From Actinomycetes bacterium (GTDB lineage: Bacteria > Actinomycetota > Actinomycetes > Actinomycetales > Microbacteriaceae): DNA of 64,000 nucleotides. Position 1 is the stretch's first letter. Each line of letters starts with the position of its first letter. Positions 18,021-28,607 of the stretch are shown in pieces. Made by a program: the position numbers and the translations under genes. The notes beneath the pieces were generated by a model, which was not told where the DNA came from, did no database searches, and saw nothing but the letters and a program-made list of their open reading frames with translations. The DNA lies in NCBI GenBank assembly GCA_023451265.1, contig JAEYAG010000059.1, positions 1,189 through 65,188 on the forward strand. The letters are read 5' to 3'.

Positions 18021-20234
18021 GTGAACCGCCGGAAGGCGGCCGGTCTGGCCGCGTCGACGGTGGCGCTGGCAGCGCTGCTGCTGAGCGGGATGACCGCGAC
18101 CGCGAGCGCGACGCCGGCCGGTCCGCTGCCGGCCGCACAGCCCGGCACGCTGCAGGAGTGCGTGCAGCTGGCGGACTTCACCTATCCGCAGACCACCATC
18201 ACCCGCGCCGAAGAAGTGGATGCCGGCCTCGTACAGGGGGTCTCCGTCAGCGCGCACTGTCTCGTGCAGGGCCGCATGAACGAACGGGTCAGCGCGGTCG
18301 ACGGGCAGACCTACGCCATCGGGTTCGAGATGCGGCTGCCCGTCGATTGGAACGGCCGCTACCTCTACCAGGCCAACGGCGGCATGGACGGCGCGGTGGC
18401 GCCCGCGCTCGGCGGCGTCGGCGGCGGCGAGAGCGGTCTGCAGATGGGCTTCGCGGTGATCAGCTCGGATGCCGGGCACTCCGGCGCACAGAACCCGACG
18501 TTCGGTCTCGACCCGCAGGCGCGACTCGACTACGGGTACCAGGCGGTGGGCACCCTCACGCCCATGGCCAAGGCGCTCATCACCGCCGGCTACGACCGCG
18601 GACCCGACCGCTCGTACATGACCGGCGGCTCCAACGGCGGGCGGCACACGATGGTGGGCGCCGCGCGATACGCCGACGAGTACGATGGCTTCCTCGCGCT
18701 GGCCCCCGGGTTCAATCTGCCGCAGGCCGCGGTGGCGCAGCTGTGGGGTGCGCAGCAGTACGCGACGGTGGCGACCGACCCCGCCGACCTGAACACCGCG
18801 TTCACGCCTGCCGAGCGCCGCGTCGTGGCCGAGAGCATCCTCACCCGCTGCGACGGGCTCGACGGACTCGCCGACGGCATGGTGCAGGCCCTCGACCGCT
18901 GCCAGGCGGCCTTCGACGTGGAACGCGACGTGCCCACCTGCGACGGCGACCGCGACGGCACCTGCCTCACGGCGGCGCAGCAGGCGGTCGTCGCCGCCAT
19001 CTTCGCGGGAGCACGCACCAGCGACGGGGAGGAGATCTACAGCTCCTTCCCGTTCGATCCGGGCCTGGTGCAGGGCGGCTGGGGCTTCTGGGAGTTCTTC
19101 GCCGCGGTGGCGCTGGACCCCTCCGCGGTCGGCTACGTGTTCGGCACCCCGCCGGACGCACCGGCGCTGAACGCCCTGCCGCAGTACGCCCTGTCGGTGG
19201 ACATCGACCGCGTCGCGCGGCAGATCTATGACACCGACGGCATCTACACCGAGAGCGCGATGTCGTTCATGACCCCGCCGGACCCGACCGACCTCGACAC
19301 ACTGCGCGACCGCGGCGGGAAGATGATCATCACGCACGGCGCCTCGGACGGCGTGTTCTCGCCCGACGACACCGCGGCATGGTTCGACGCGCTCGACGCG
19401 AACTACGGCGGCGCCGCCGAGGAGTTCGTCCGCTACTACGAAGTGCCCGGCATGGGGCACGTCAGCGGCGGCCCCGCCACCGACCGGTATGCGGCCCTGG
19501 CCGCTCTCGTCGCGTGGGTCGAGCAGGGCGTCGCCCCCGAGGCGCTGGTCGCGACGGTGAACCCCGGCAACCCCGAGCTGCCCGCCGACTGGTCCGACAC
19601 CCGCAGCCGGCCGCTGTGCGTGTACCCGGCCGTCGCGGTCTACACCGGCGGCGATCCGGAGTCGGCCGCGAGCTTCACCTGCTCGACGTCCCAGGCGCCG
19701 ATCGTCATCGTCGACCCGTCGATCGCCGGCACCCCGCAGGTGGGGAAGATGCTCACGGCATCGGCCGGCGACTGGAGCGGGACGGACATCACGTACCGCT
19801 ACCAGTGGCTGCGCGATGGTGAGCCGATCCGCGGCGCGCACCGCGCCGACTACCGGGTGCGGCCGGGCGACCAGGGCCATGCCCTGAGCGTCCGCGTGAC
19901 CGCGACGAACGCCGACGGCACGGCGGAGACCGTCAGCGCCGAGGTGCAGGTGCGCCACGCGGCGGTGGCGATTGTGACCGCGAAGCCGGTCGTCGTCTCG
20001 CGCGGCACGCCGGTCACCGTCACCGTGCGGATCCTGCCGTCCCGGGTGGACGCCGACGGGCCGGTCACCGTGACGGTCGGCGGCACGACCTTCGAGGGCA
20101 CCGTCGCCGACGGCATCGCGACCATCGAGGTGGGCGCGCTGCCGCGCGGTGTGCACCGCATCACCGCCGCCTACGCCGGCTCCGACACCGTCGCCCCGGC
20201 CACCGGGCACGGTCTGGTGATCGTGCTGAGGTGA
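18021..20234 (+). CDS. Secreted tannase/feruloyl-esterase family alpha/beta hydrolase with two C-terminal Ig-like domains
   Basis: ORF 18021..20234 (GTG, GGGAGGGG upstream). Signal peptide ...ATASATPAG. LPVDWNGRYLYQANGG and GGSNGGR nucleophile region. C-terminal IAGTPQVGKMLTASAGDWSG...YQWLRDGEPIRGA repeat-type Ig domain plus a Big_3-like domain. Confidence 0.85.
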   Translation: MNRRKAAGLAASTVALAALLLSGMTATASATPAGPLPAAQPGTLQECVQLADFTYPQTTITRAEEVDAGLVQGVSVSAHCLVQGRMNERVSAVDGQTYAIGFEMRLPVDWNGRYLYQANGGMDGAVAPALGGVGGGESGLQMGFAVISSDAGHSGAQNPTFGLDPQARLDYGYQAVGTLTPMAKALITAGYDRGPDRSYMTGGSNGGRHTMVGAARYADEYDGFLALAPGFNLPQAAVAQLWGAQQYATVATDPADLNTAFTPAERRVVAESILTRCDGLDGLADGMVQALDRCQAAFDVERDVPTCDGDRDGTCLTAAQQAVVAAIFAGARTSDGEEIYSSFPFDPGLVQGGWGFWEFFAAVALDPSAVGYVFGTPPDAPALNALPQYALSVDIDRVARQIYDTDGIYTESAMSFMTPPDPTDLDTLRDRGGKMIITHGASDGVFSPDDTAAWFDALDANYGGAAEEFVRYYEVPGMGHVSGGPATDRYAALAALVAWVEQGVAPEALVATVNPGNPELPADWSDTRSRPLCVYPAVAVYTGGDPESAASFTCSTSQAPIVIVDPSIAGTPQVGKMLTASAGDWSGTDITYRYQWLRDGEPIRGAHRADYRVRPGDQGHALSVRVTATNADGTAETVSAEVQVRHAAVAIVTAKPVVVSRGTPVTVTVRILPSRVDADGPVTVTVGGTTFEGTVADGIATIEVGALPRGVHRITAAYAGSDTVAPATGHGLVIVLR

Positions 20235-20238
20235 CAGC

Positions 20239-20270
20239 GGTGGGCCCGGCTCCCCGGGGCCGGGCCCACC
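20239..20270 (+). terminator. Intrinsic-terminator-like hairpin after the tannase gene
   Basis: GGTGGGCCCGGC tccccggg GCCGGGCCCACC, followed by GTTTCGT. Confidence 0.6.
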
Positions 20271-20315
20271 GTTTCGTCCGGTGACGGGGTACACCGCGTG
20301 CCCAGACGCCCGGCG

Positions 20316-20321
20316 TAGGCT
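20316..20321 (+). promoter_or_regulatory. -10-like TAGGCT, 6 nt before MetE-like ATG
   Basis: TAGGCT CGACTC ATG. Confidence 0.5.
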
Positions 20322-20327
20322 CGACTC

Positions 20328-21437
20328 ATGCCTGTCCCGCCGTACCGCGCCGACATCGTCGGCAGCTTCCTGCGCCCCGCCGTCCTCGCCGACATCCGTC
20401 GCCGCCACGCCGCCGGCGAAGTGGATGCCGATGCCCTGCGCATCGCGGAGGACACCGCCATCGGTGAGCTCGTGCAGAAGGAGTCCGAGGCCGGGCTCCA
20501 GGTCGCGACCGACGGCGAGTTCCGCCGCTCCTGGTGGCACTTCGACTTCTTCGGGTTCCTCGACGGGGTCGAGATCGTCGAGCTCGACCACGGCATCCAG
20601 TTCACCGGTGTCGAGACCAAGCCGCGGGGCGTCGAGGTCGCCGGCCGGATCGGCTTCAGCGACACCCACCCGTTCCTCGCGCACTTCCGCTCGCTCAAGG
20701 ATCTGCTGGCCCGCTCCACCGGCGCCACCCCGAAGTTCACGATCCCCTCACCCACCGTGCTCGACTTCCGCCTCGAGCCCGACCACATCGGCGGCGGCTA
20801 CGCCGGGCGCGACGACATCGTCGACGACCTCGTCCAGGCCTACCGCGACGCCGTCGCCGCGTTCTACGACGCCGGCGCCCGCTACCTGCAGTTCGACGAC
20901 ACCGCCTGGGCCTACCTGTGCAGCGAGACCGAGCTGGCCAAGGCGCGGGACCGCGGCATCCGCACCGAGGGGATTGCCGAGCGGTACGCCGATATCGTCA
21001 ACCGGATCCTCGACGGCAAGCCCGACGACCTGACGGTGACCACGCATGTGTGCCGCGGTAACTTCCGCTCGACGTGGATCTCCTCGGGCGGGTACGAGCC
21101 GGTCGCCGAACAGCTGCTGGCGGGCACCGCCTACGACGGCTACTTCCTCGAGTAGGACTGTGAACGCGCCGGCGGCTTCGAGCCGCTGCGGTTCCTGCCC
21201 GCGGGGGACAAGACCGTCGTCCTGGGGCTGATCACGACCAAGTCCGGGCAGCTCGAAGACGTGGCCGCTGTGAAGGCGCGCGTCGACGAGGCGGCCCGCT
21301 TCGCCCCGCTCGAGCAGCTCGCGCTCAGCCCGCAGTGCGGGTTCGCGTCGACCGAAGAGGGAAACGAGCTGACCGAAGACGAGCAGTGGGCCAAGGTCCG
21401 CGAGGTCGTCGACATCGCCGCCGACGTCTGGCGCTGA
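20328..21437 (+). pseudogene. MetE C-terminal-domain-like (cobalamin-independent methionine synthase II / YxjG-like) gene interrupted by an in-frame TAG at 21153-21155
   Basis: ORF 20328..21155 ends ...AYDGYFLE*. Own translation continues in the same frame as DCERAGGFEPLRFLPAGDKTVVLGLITTKSGQLED...LALSPQCGFASTEEGNELTEDEQWAKV...VWR* to 21437. The HVCRGN and SPQCGF zinc-ligand blocks are therefore split by the stop. Confidence 0.75.
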
Positions 21438-21490
21438 CCCCGCGGGGCCGCGCTGCGTGGGGCCCCGAATTGCGCGAAACGCCTATCCTC

Positions 21491-21556
21491 GTGCGAGCCG
21501 CCTACGACCGGACCGTCCGAGAGTAGGCGTCTCGGCCGAAGGTGGGCGTCTCGGCG
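21491..21556. repeat. REP-like element cluster, locus 1 (GCGAGCCGCC-type units)
   Basis: Forward GTGCGAGCCGCCTAC, then degenerate inverted units GTAGGCGTCTCGG and GTGGGCGTCTCGG. It lies in a convergent intergenic region. Confidence 0.6.
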
Positions 21557-21586
21557 GAGGTGATGGAGAAGGCAGAGGGGCGGCGG

Positions 21587-22441
21587 TCAGTGGCCTTCGA
21601 GCGCGCGGCGGTCGATCTCCTCCTGGTCGGCGACGAAGGGCGTGCCGTGGGTGTGGAAGGTTGCGACCGTCTTCATCCCCCACGCCTGGCCCTTCGCGCG
21701 TTCGGCCTGACTCCACTCCACGACCGGCCAGTCGGGGTCGAGGATGAGCCGCGCCTGCGCGTTGGCGAACTCGATGCGGTTGCCGCCCGGCTCCCACACA
21801 TACAGGAAGAACGTCTGGTTGATGGCGTGCTTGTACGGCCCGTACTCGATGTAGACCCCGTTCTCGAAGCAGATGTCCGCGGCCTTGAGGATGTCCTCGC
21901 GCGAATCGGGGGCGAACGCGAAGTGGTGGAACCGGCCGCGCTCGCCTGTCCAGTCGTCGGAGTACACGACGTCGTACGACTTCTGGTGGAACCGGAACCA
22001 CCACGCGCCGTAGCGGCCGTCGTCCAGCCGCACCCGCTCGGACTCCCGCGCGAACATGACGTCGCGCCAGAACTCGCCGGCGGCGTTCACATCCGAGGCG
22101 AGATAGTTGATGTGGTCCATCCAGCGGGCGTTGATGCCGCGGCCGGGATAGGCCGACGCCTGGTTCTTCAGGGCCGGGCGGTCCTCGTCGTCGGGCACGT
22201 AGTGCTCGGTGTCGAAGTACAGGCCGATCAGGTGCCCGTCCGGGTCCTCGAACTCGTACGAGCGGCCCACGCCCACCTCGGCGTCGCGCCAGCCGTGGCC
22301 GAGCCCCGCCGCCTCGATCGCCGCGACCCGCCGCTGCAGGGCCTGTTCGCTGCTCGCGCGGAACAGCGTGCGTCCGACGCCGTTCGTGTCGGACGCGGTG
22401 AGCTTGAGCGTGTACAGCTGGTACACGTCCCAGCAGCGCAG
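21587..22441 (-). pseudogene. Catechol 2,3-dioxygenase (type I extradiol, VOC fold), 5'-truncated
   Basis: This is the low-coordinate end of ORF 21587..24067. Homology by eye starts at LRCWDVYQLYTLKL (equivalent to YLKAWTEVDKFSLVL of XylE) and runs to the stop. The first ~40 residues of the family are absent, and the sequence upstream is the antisense of the ALDH gene. Confidence 0.65.
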
Positions 22442-23911
22442 GTGAGGACCGGCCTGTTCATCGGCGGGCAGGAGCGCCCCACCGCGGAGACGCTCGCGGT
22501 CGCCGACCCCGGCAAGCCCGGAGTGATCGTGGGCCATGCGGCCGCGGCCTCGCCCGCCGACGTCGCCGACGCGATCGCGGCCGCGCGCGACGCGTATCCG
22601 GGGTGGGCGGCGCTGAGCCCGCAGGAACGCGCGCACCAGATGACTCAGGCCATCGCCGGCATCGCCGACGACCGCGACACCGACGCCGCGATCCTGTCGC
22701 AGGAGAACGGCAAGATCCGCATGGAGGCGTGGATCGACGCACTCGTGTTCGAGATCCGGTGGAACCTCGCGCTCATGCACGCCGATGAGGTCGACGCGGT
22801 CACGACGCTGCCGGTGGTGCCCGGCGCCATCCCGGTCTCGACCGACGTCGGCTACCAGGCTCTGGGCGTGGTGACGATCATCGTGCCGTTCAACTGGCCG
22901 ATCGCGATCCTCGGCGCCTCGCTGCCGCACGCGCTGCTGGCCGGCAACACCGTCATCGTGAAGCCGCCGCCCACGACGCCGCTGGCGATCACGCGGCTCG
23001 TGCAGCGGGTGGCCGAGAAGCTGCCGGCGGGCGTGCTGAACATCGTCACCGGTCGCGACGAGGACATGGCCGCGCTCATCGAGAGCCCCGATGTGGCCAA
23101 GGTGTGCTTCACCGGCAGTGTCAACGGCGGCAAGCGCATCATGGCGATGGCGGCGAACTCGCTCACCCGGGTCACGCTGGAGCTCGGTGGCAACGACGCC
23201 GCCGTGTTCCTCGAGGACGCGATCCTGGACGACGAGCACCTCGACCGGCTGTTCGCGGCGATCTACGACACGACCGGGCAGATCTGCATGAACGCCAAGC
23301 GCGTCTATGTGCACCGGTCGCGGCAGGCCGAGCTGGTCGCCGGGCTCGAAGCGCGGCTGCAGAAGGTCACGCTGGGCTACGGCCTCGACGAGGGCACGAC
23401 GATGGGTCCGCTCCACCAGGCCGCGCAGAAGGCGTTCGTCGACGAGATCATCCAAGAGGCCAAGGATGCCGGTGCCGACGTGCGCGAGTTCGGAGAGCTG
23501 CCCGGCGGTGACCTGGCCGGCGGCAACCTCGTGCGGCCCGCGCTCGTGGTCGACCCCGACCCGCAGCTGCGCGTCGTGACACAGGAGCAGTTCGGCCCCG
23601 TCATCCCCGTGATCGCGTTCGACACCGAGGAGGAGGCCGTCCAGATGGCCAACGACACCTGGGGCGGGCTGTGCGGCTCGGTGTGGACCGCGTCGCCCGA
23701 GGCGGCTCAGCGCGTGGGCTCGCAACTGGTGTGCGGCTACGTGTGGGTCAACGACCACGGCGCCACGCGCCTCGACCTGCGCGCGCCGTTCGGTGGCATG
23801 AAGTCCTCGGGCTTCGGCCGCGAGCAGGGCCTCGCGGGTATCCGGGCCTTCCAGGACACCCGCTCGATCGCCACCATCGACCCCGAGGCCCTCGCCGGCA
23901 TGGCCCACTGA
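22442..23911 (+). CDS. NAD(P)-dependent aldehyde dehydrogenase
   Basis: ORF 21542..23911 trimmed to the first in-frame start, GTG 22442 (VRTGLFIGGQ...). ELGGND and FTGSVNGGK blocks and the catalytic Cys region TTGQICMNAKRVYV. No SD or promoter room upstream. Confidence 0.8.
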   Translation: MRTGLFIGGQERPTAETLAVADPGKPGVIVGHAAAASPADVADAIAAARDAYPGWAALSPQERAHQMTQAIAGIADDRDTDAAILSQENGKIRMEAWIDALVFEIRWNLALMHADEVDAVTTLPVVPGAIPVSTDVGYQALGVVTIIVPFNWPIAILGASLPHALLAGNTVIVKPPPTTPLAITRLVQRVAEKLPAGVLNIVTGRDEDMAALIESPDVAKVCFTGSVNGGKRIMAMAANSLTRVTLELGGNDAAVFLEDAILDDEHLDRLFAAIYDTTGQICMNAKRVYVHRSRQAELVAGLEARLQKVTLGYGLDEGTTMGPLHQAAQKAFVDEIIQEAKDAGADVREFGELPGGDLAGGNLVRPALVVDPDPQLRVVTQEQFGPVIPVIAFDTEEEAVQMANDTWGGLCGSVWTASPEAAQRVGSQLVCGYVWVNDHGATRLDLRAPFGGMKSSGFGREQGLAGIRAFQDTRSIATIDPEALAGMAH

Positions 23912-23924
23912 GCCACTCACTCCC

Positions 23925-24005
23925 CGCGAGCCGTCCAGCTCTGTACGAGACGCCCACCTGTGGACCGTACGAACCTGGGCGGCTCGTACGAAGGTAGGCG
24001 GCTCG
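23925..24005. repeat. REP-like element cluster, locus 2
   Basis: CGCGAGCCGTCCA and GTACGAGACGCCCA forward; TGGGCGGCTCGTAC and GTAGGCGGCTCGG inverted. 14-bp arms with one mismatch around a 19-nt loop. Convergent intergenic region. Confidence 0.65.
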
Positions 24006-24021
24006 GCGAAGCGGGCCGGGC

Positions 24022-24603
24022 TCAGCCCTCGATGCGGTCGACGAGCTCGAGGCCGCGCCGCGCCCACTCGATCTCAACGCGGGCGCGCGCGGCGAGCCCC
24101 TCGTAGGTGAACCGCTTGTAGGCGATCGTGCGCTCGTGCTCGGCGGGCGGCGTCACCGAGAGGCGGCGGGACAGCATCGCGCTGCTCATCTGCTCGATGG
24201 CGTCGAGCTGCCCCTGGAACTGCGCGAGCTCGTCCTCCCACACGGCGATGTGCCGCTGCAGGAAGTCCCGCGCGGCTTCGGGCGTCGTGGTCGCCAGATA
24301 GGCGGCGCGCAGATGGGCGGGGTCGCGCACGCGCTGATAGTCCAGCGGCGAGGCCATCCACTCCTCGAACGCCGCGTTCCCGGCCGGCGTCACGTGGTAC
24401 ACGCGCCGGGTGCCGCGCTCGCCGCGCGCCTGCTCCTCGCCCTCGATGAGCCCGAGCGAGGCCATCTTGCGCAGCTCGGGGTAGATCTGCGAGTCCGGGG
24501 CGTGCCAGACGTGCCCGACCGACTGGGCGAACTGCTTTTGCAGGTCGTACCCCGACAGGGGGCCGACACGCAGGATCGCCAGCAGCGCGTAGCGCAGACT
24601 CAT
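24022..24603 (-). CDS. PadR family transcriptional regulator (VanR-like by context)
   Basis: ORF 24022..24603. MSLRYALLAILRVGPLSGYDLQKQF...IYPELRKMASLGLIEGE. GGAAGGAG SD. It is the last gene of the ligM operon. Confidence 0.85.
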   Translation of the reverse strand: MSLRYALLAILRVGPLSGYDLQKQFAQSVGHVWHAPDSQIYPELRKMASLGLIEGEEQARGERGTRRVYHVTPAGNAAFEEWMASPLDYQRVRDPAHLRAAYLATTTPEAARDFLQRHIAVWEDELAQFQGQLDAIEQMSSAMLSRRLSVTPPAEHERTIAYKRFTYEGLAARARVEIEWARRGLELVDRIEG

Positions 24604-24680
24604 GGGGGCTCCTTCCGCCAGACGAGCGTAGCGAGTTCGAGGGGCCCGGGCTGACCCGGACCCCTCGATGCGGCGAAGGA

Positions 24681-27005
<2,325 letters not shown>

Positions 27006-27009
<4 letters not shown>

Positions 27010-27881
27010 GAGTTCGCGGCGACGTAGTCGCGCGCCCACTCAGAGGTGGCCAGCAGGCCGCCGAACGTGTAGAAGTGCAGGCTCACCTCGCCCGACGACG
27101 GCTCCTGCGCCAGCAGTTGCGACAGGTCGCCCACGAAGCGGTCGGGGCCGGCGGTGCCCATGAGGTTGGTCAGGCTGAAGCCGTACTTCTTCACGATCAT
27201 CGCGTTGGCGCCCACGCCGAACCGGCGCGCGAAGTTGATGAGGCGCTTGATGCCGGCCGGCCCGGGCGTGCCGATGCGGATCGGGGTGTGGATGCCGCGG
27301 TCGCGCACGGCGGTGATCCAGGCGAGCACCGGGTCGGTGTCGAAGGCGAACTGGGTGAGGATGACGGCATCCAGCCCCTGGTCGGCCAGCGCGGCGGACT
27401 TGTCCTCGAGGTGGCGCCACAGCACGTCGTCGGCGATGTCGGGGTGGCCCTCGGGGTAACCGGCGATCGACACCTCCTTCACGCCGTACTGCTGCAGGAT
27501 GCCGGAACGGATCACGCTCAGCGAGTCGGGGTAGGGCCCTTCGGGCTCGGCCGGGTCGCCGCCGACGACGAACACGTGGTCGGTCGCGCCGACCGCCTGC
27601 AGGGCGGCGAGGAACTCCTCGAGCTGCGTCTGCGACCCGAGGCGCCGGGCGGAGATGTGCGGCACCGGGGTGAAGCCGAGATCCTTGACGGCCTTGGCCG
27701 CCGCCACCCGCATCTCGAGGTCCTCGTTGCCGAGGAAGGTGACGTTGATCTTCGTGCCGGCCGGGATGACCGGTGCGGCCTCTTCGAGCCCCGGCACATC
27801 CTTGCCGGTCATCTCGATAGAGAAGCCGTCGACGAGGCGGAGAGCGGCCGCCCGATCGGGGGCGGGGGAGATGGATGCCAC
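27006..27881 (-). CDS. metF: 5,10-methylenetetrahydrofolate reductase family protein
   Basis: ORF 27006..27881 (GTG, AAGGGA upstream). MetF-family blocks VFVVGGDP, IAGYPEGHP, and TQFAFD followed by PIRIGTPG. Confidence 0.85.
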
Positions 27882-27926
27882 AGCGAGTCCCTTTCGGAGC
27901 GCTTCGTCGCGCCCTCCCTCGTCACG

Positions 27927-27946
27927 TTACCTATGGAGATAGGTAA
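27927..27946. promoter_or_regulatory. 20-bp AT-rich perfect inverted repeat TTACCTAT-GGAG-ATAGGTAA upstream of metF-purU-ligM-padR
   Basis: Read directly. It is the only strongly AT-rich element in the 224-bp gap between the VOC and metF genes. Confidence 0.55.
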
Positions 27947-28105
27947 TCGCAAGAGGGAAATTCTTCCCGGCCCCCGAGCGCACCATCCCCGCGAGGGAAC
28001 AACGGGCGGACGAGGGTGCGGGTGATCCCCGTTCTCTCGGCGTCCCATTGTTCTCTCGCCGATCGGCGGATGCCGGGGGCGCGGGCCCGCGCGGCGGCGC
28101 GGGGG

Positions 28106-28459
28106 TCAGCGCGGGAGCGGCGAGTAGAAGACCAGGCCGTTGCCCTGGCTGTCGTACGCGACGGCGCGGCGTTCGTGCGCGTCGTTGTAGGGGCCGCGCG
28201 CCAGTCCGCCGCCGTTGTCGTCGACGGCCTGGACCGCGGCATCCACATCGTCGGTCTTGATGCCCACCACGACCTGGCCCGGGATCGGGTGGTCGATCGC
28301 GGTGGCCAGGGCGATGGTCACCGTGCCGCCGTCGAGCGCGGCGAAGTGGTTGCTGTCGCGGAACTTCAGCGGGAAGCCGAGGGTCTCGGTGTAGAACCGG
28401 ATCGACTCGTCGAGGTCTTCGGTCGACAGCACGATCATCTTCACCTGGTGGCTGGTCAT
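28106..28459 (-). CDS. VOC (glyoxalase/bleomycin-resistance/dioxygenase) family protein
   Basis: ORF 28106..28459. IVLSTEDLDESIRFYTETLGFPLKF beta-alpha-beta-beta-beta module. GAGGAG SD. Confidence 0.8.
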   Translation of the reverse strand: MTSHQVKMIVLSTEDLDESIRFYTETLGFPLKFRDSNHFAALDGGTVTIALATAIDHPIPGQVVVGIKTDDVDAAVQAVDDNGGGLARGPYNDAHERRAVAYDSQGNGLVFYSPLPR

Positions 28460-28607
28460 CAGCGTCTCCTCACGCAGCGGGTGCGCACGGCGAGCCCGCG
28501 CATCCCGGCGGATGCGCGGCGGTGCGCTCGCTGATCACGGTAGTGCGCAGACGGTCCCGGCGTCCGGCGACAAGACCGGGTCAAAGGCTGCGACGGGAGC
28601 CACCGGG

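Noticed and set aside
21153-21155. The in-frame TAG in the MetE-like gene as programmed recoding (pyrrolysine or a suppressor).
   Set aside because: No pyl genes or suppressor tRNA are visible. Pyrrolysine usage is not known in this kind of organism. The codon sits where a Tyr codon one mutation away is expected. A nonsense mutation or a base-call error is far more likely.
22442-22537. An intact catechol 2,3-dioxygenase starting at ATG 22537.
   Set aside because: The 32 extra residues (MAHDHSGLAGVGDRERLRGGALLPADEQAGPH) are the antisense reading of the ALDH 5' end. They do not resemble the conserved first beta-strand/helix of the VOC module that is missing.
27882-28105. Possible ZTP (pfl) or THF riboswitch in the 224-nt leader of metF-purU-ligM, since such riboswitches control folate/C1 genes including purU.
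   Set aside because: Reading the minus-strand leader, I could not find the conserved cores as I remember them. For ZTP these are a GACUGGCG-type 5' domain paired with a CCGCCUGGGC 3' tail; the closest match is GAUCGGCG...GUCCGCCCGUUG. A covariance-model scan (Rfam RF01750, RF01831, RF02977) would be decisive. Without it I treat the region as promoter plus operator plus ordinary hairpins.
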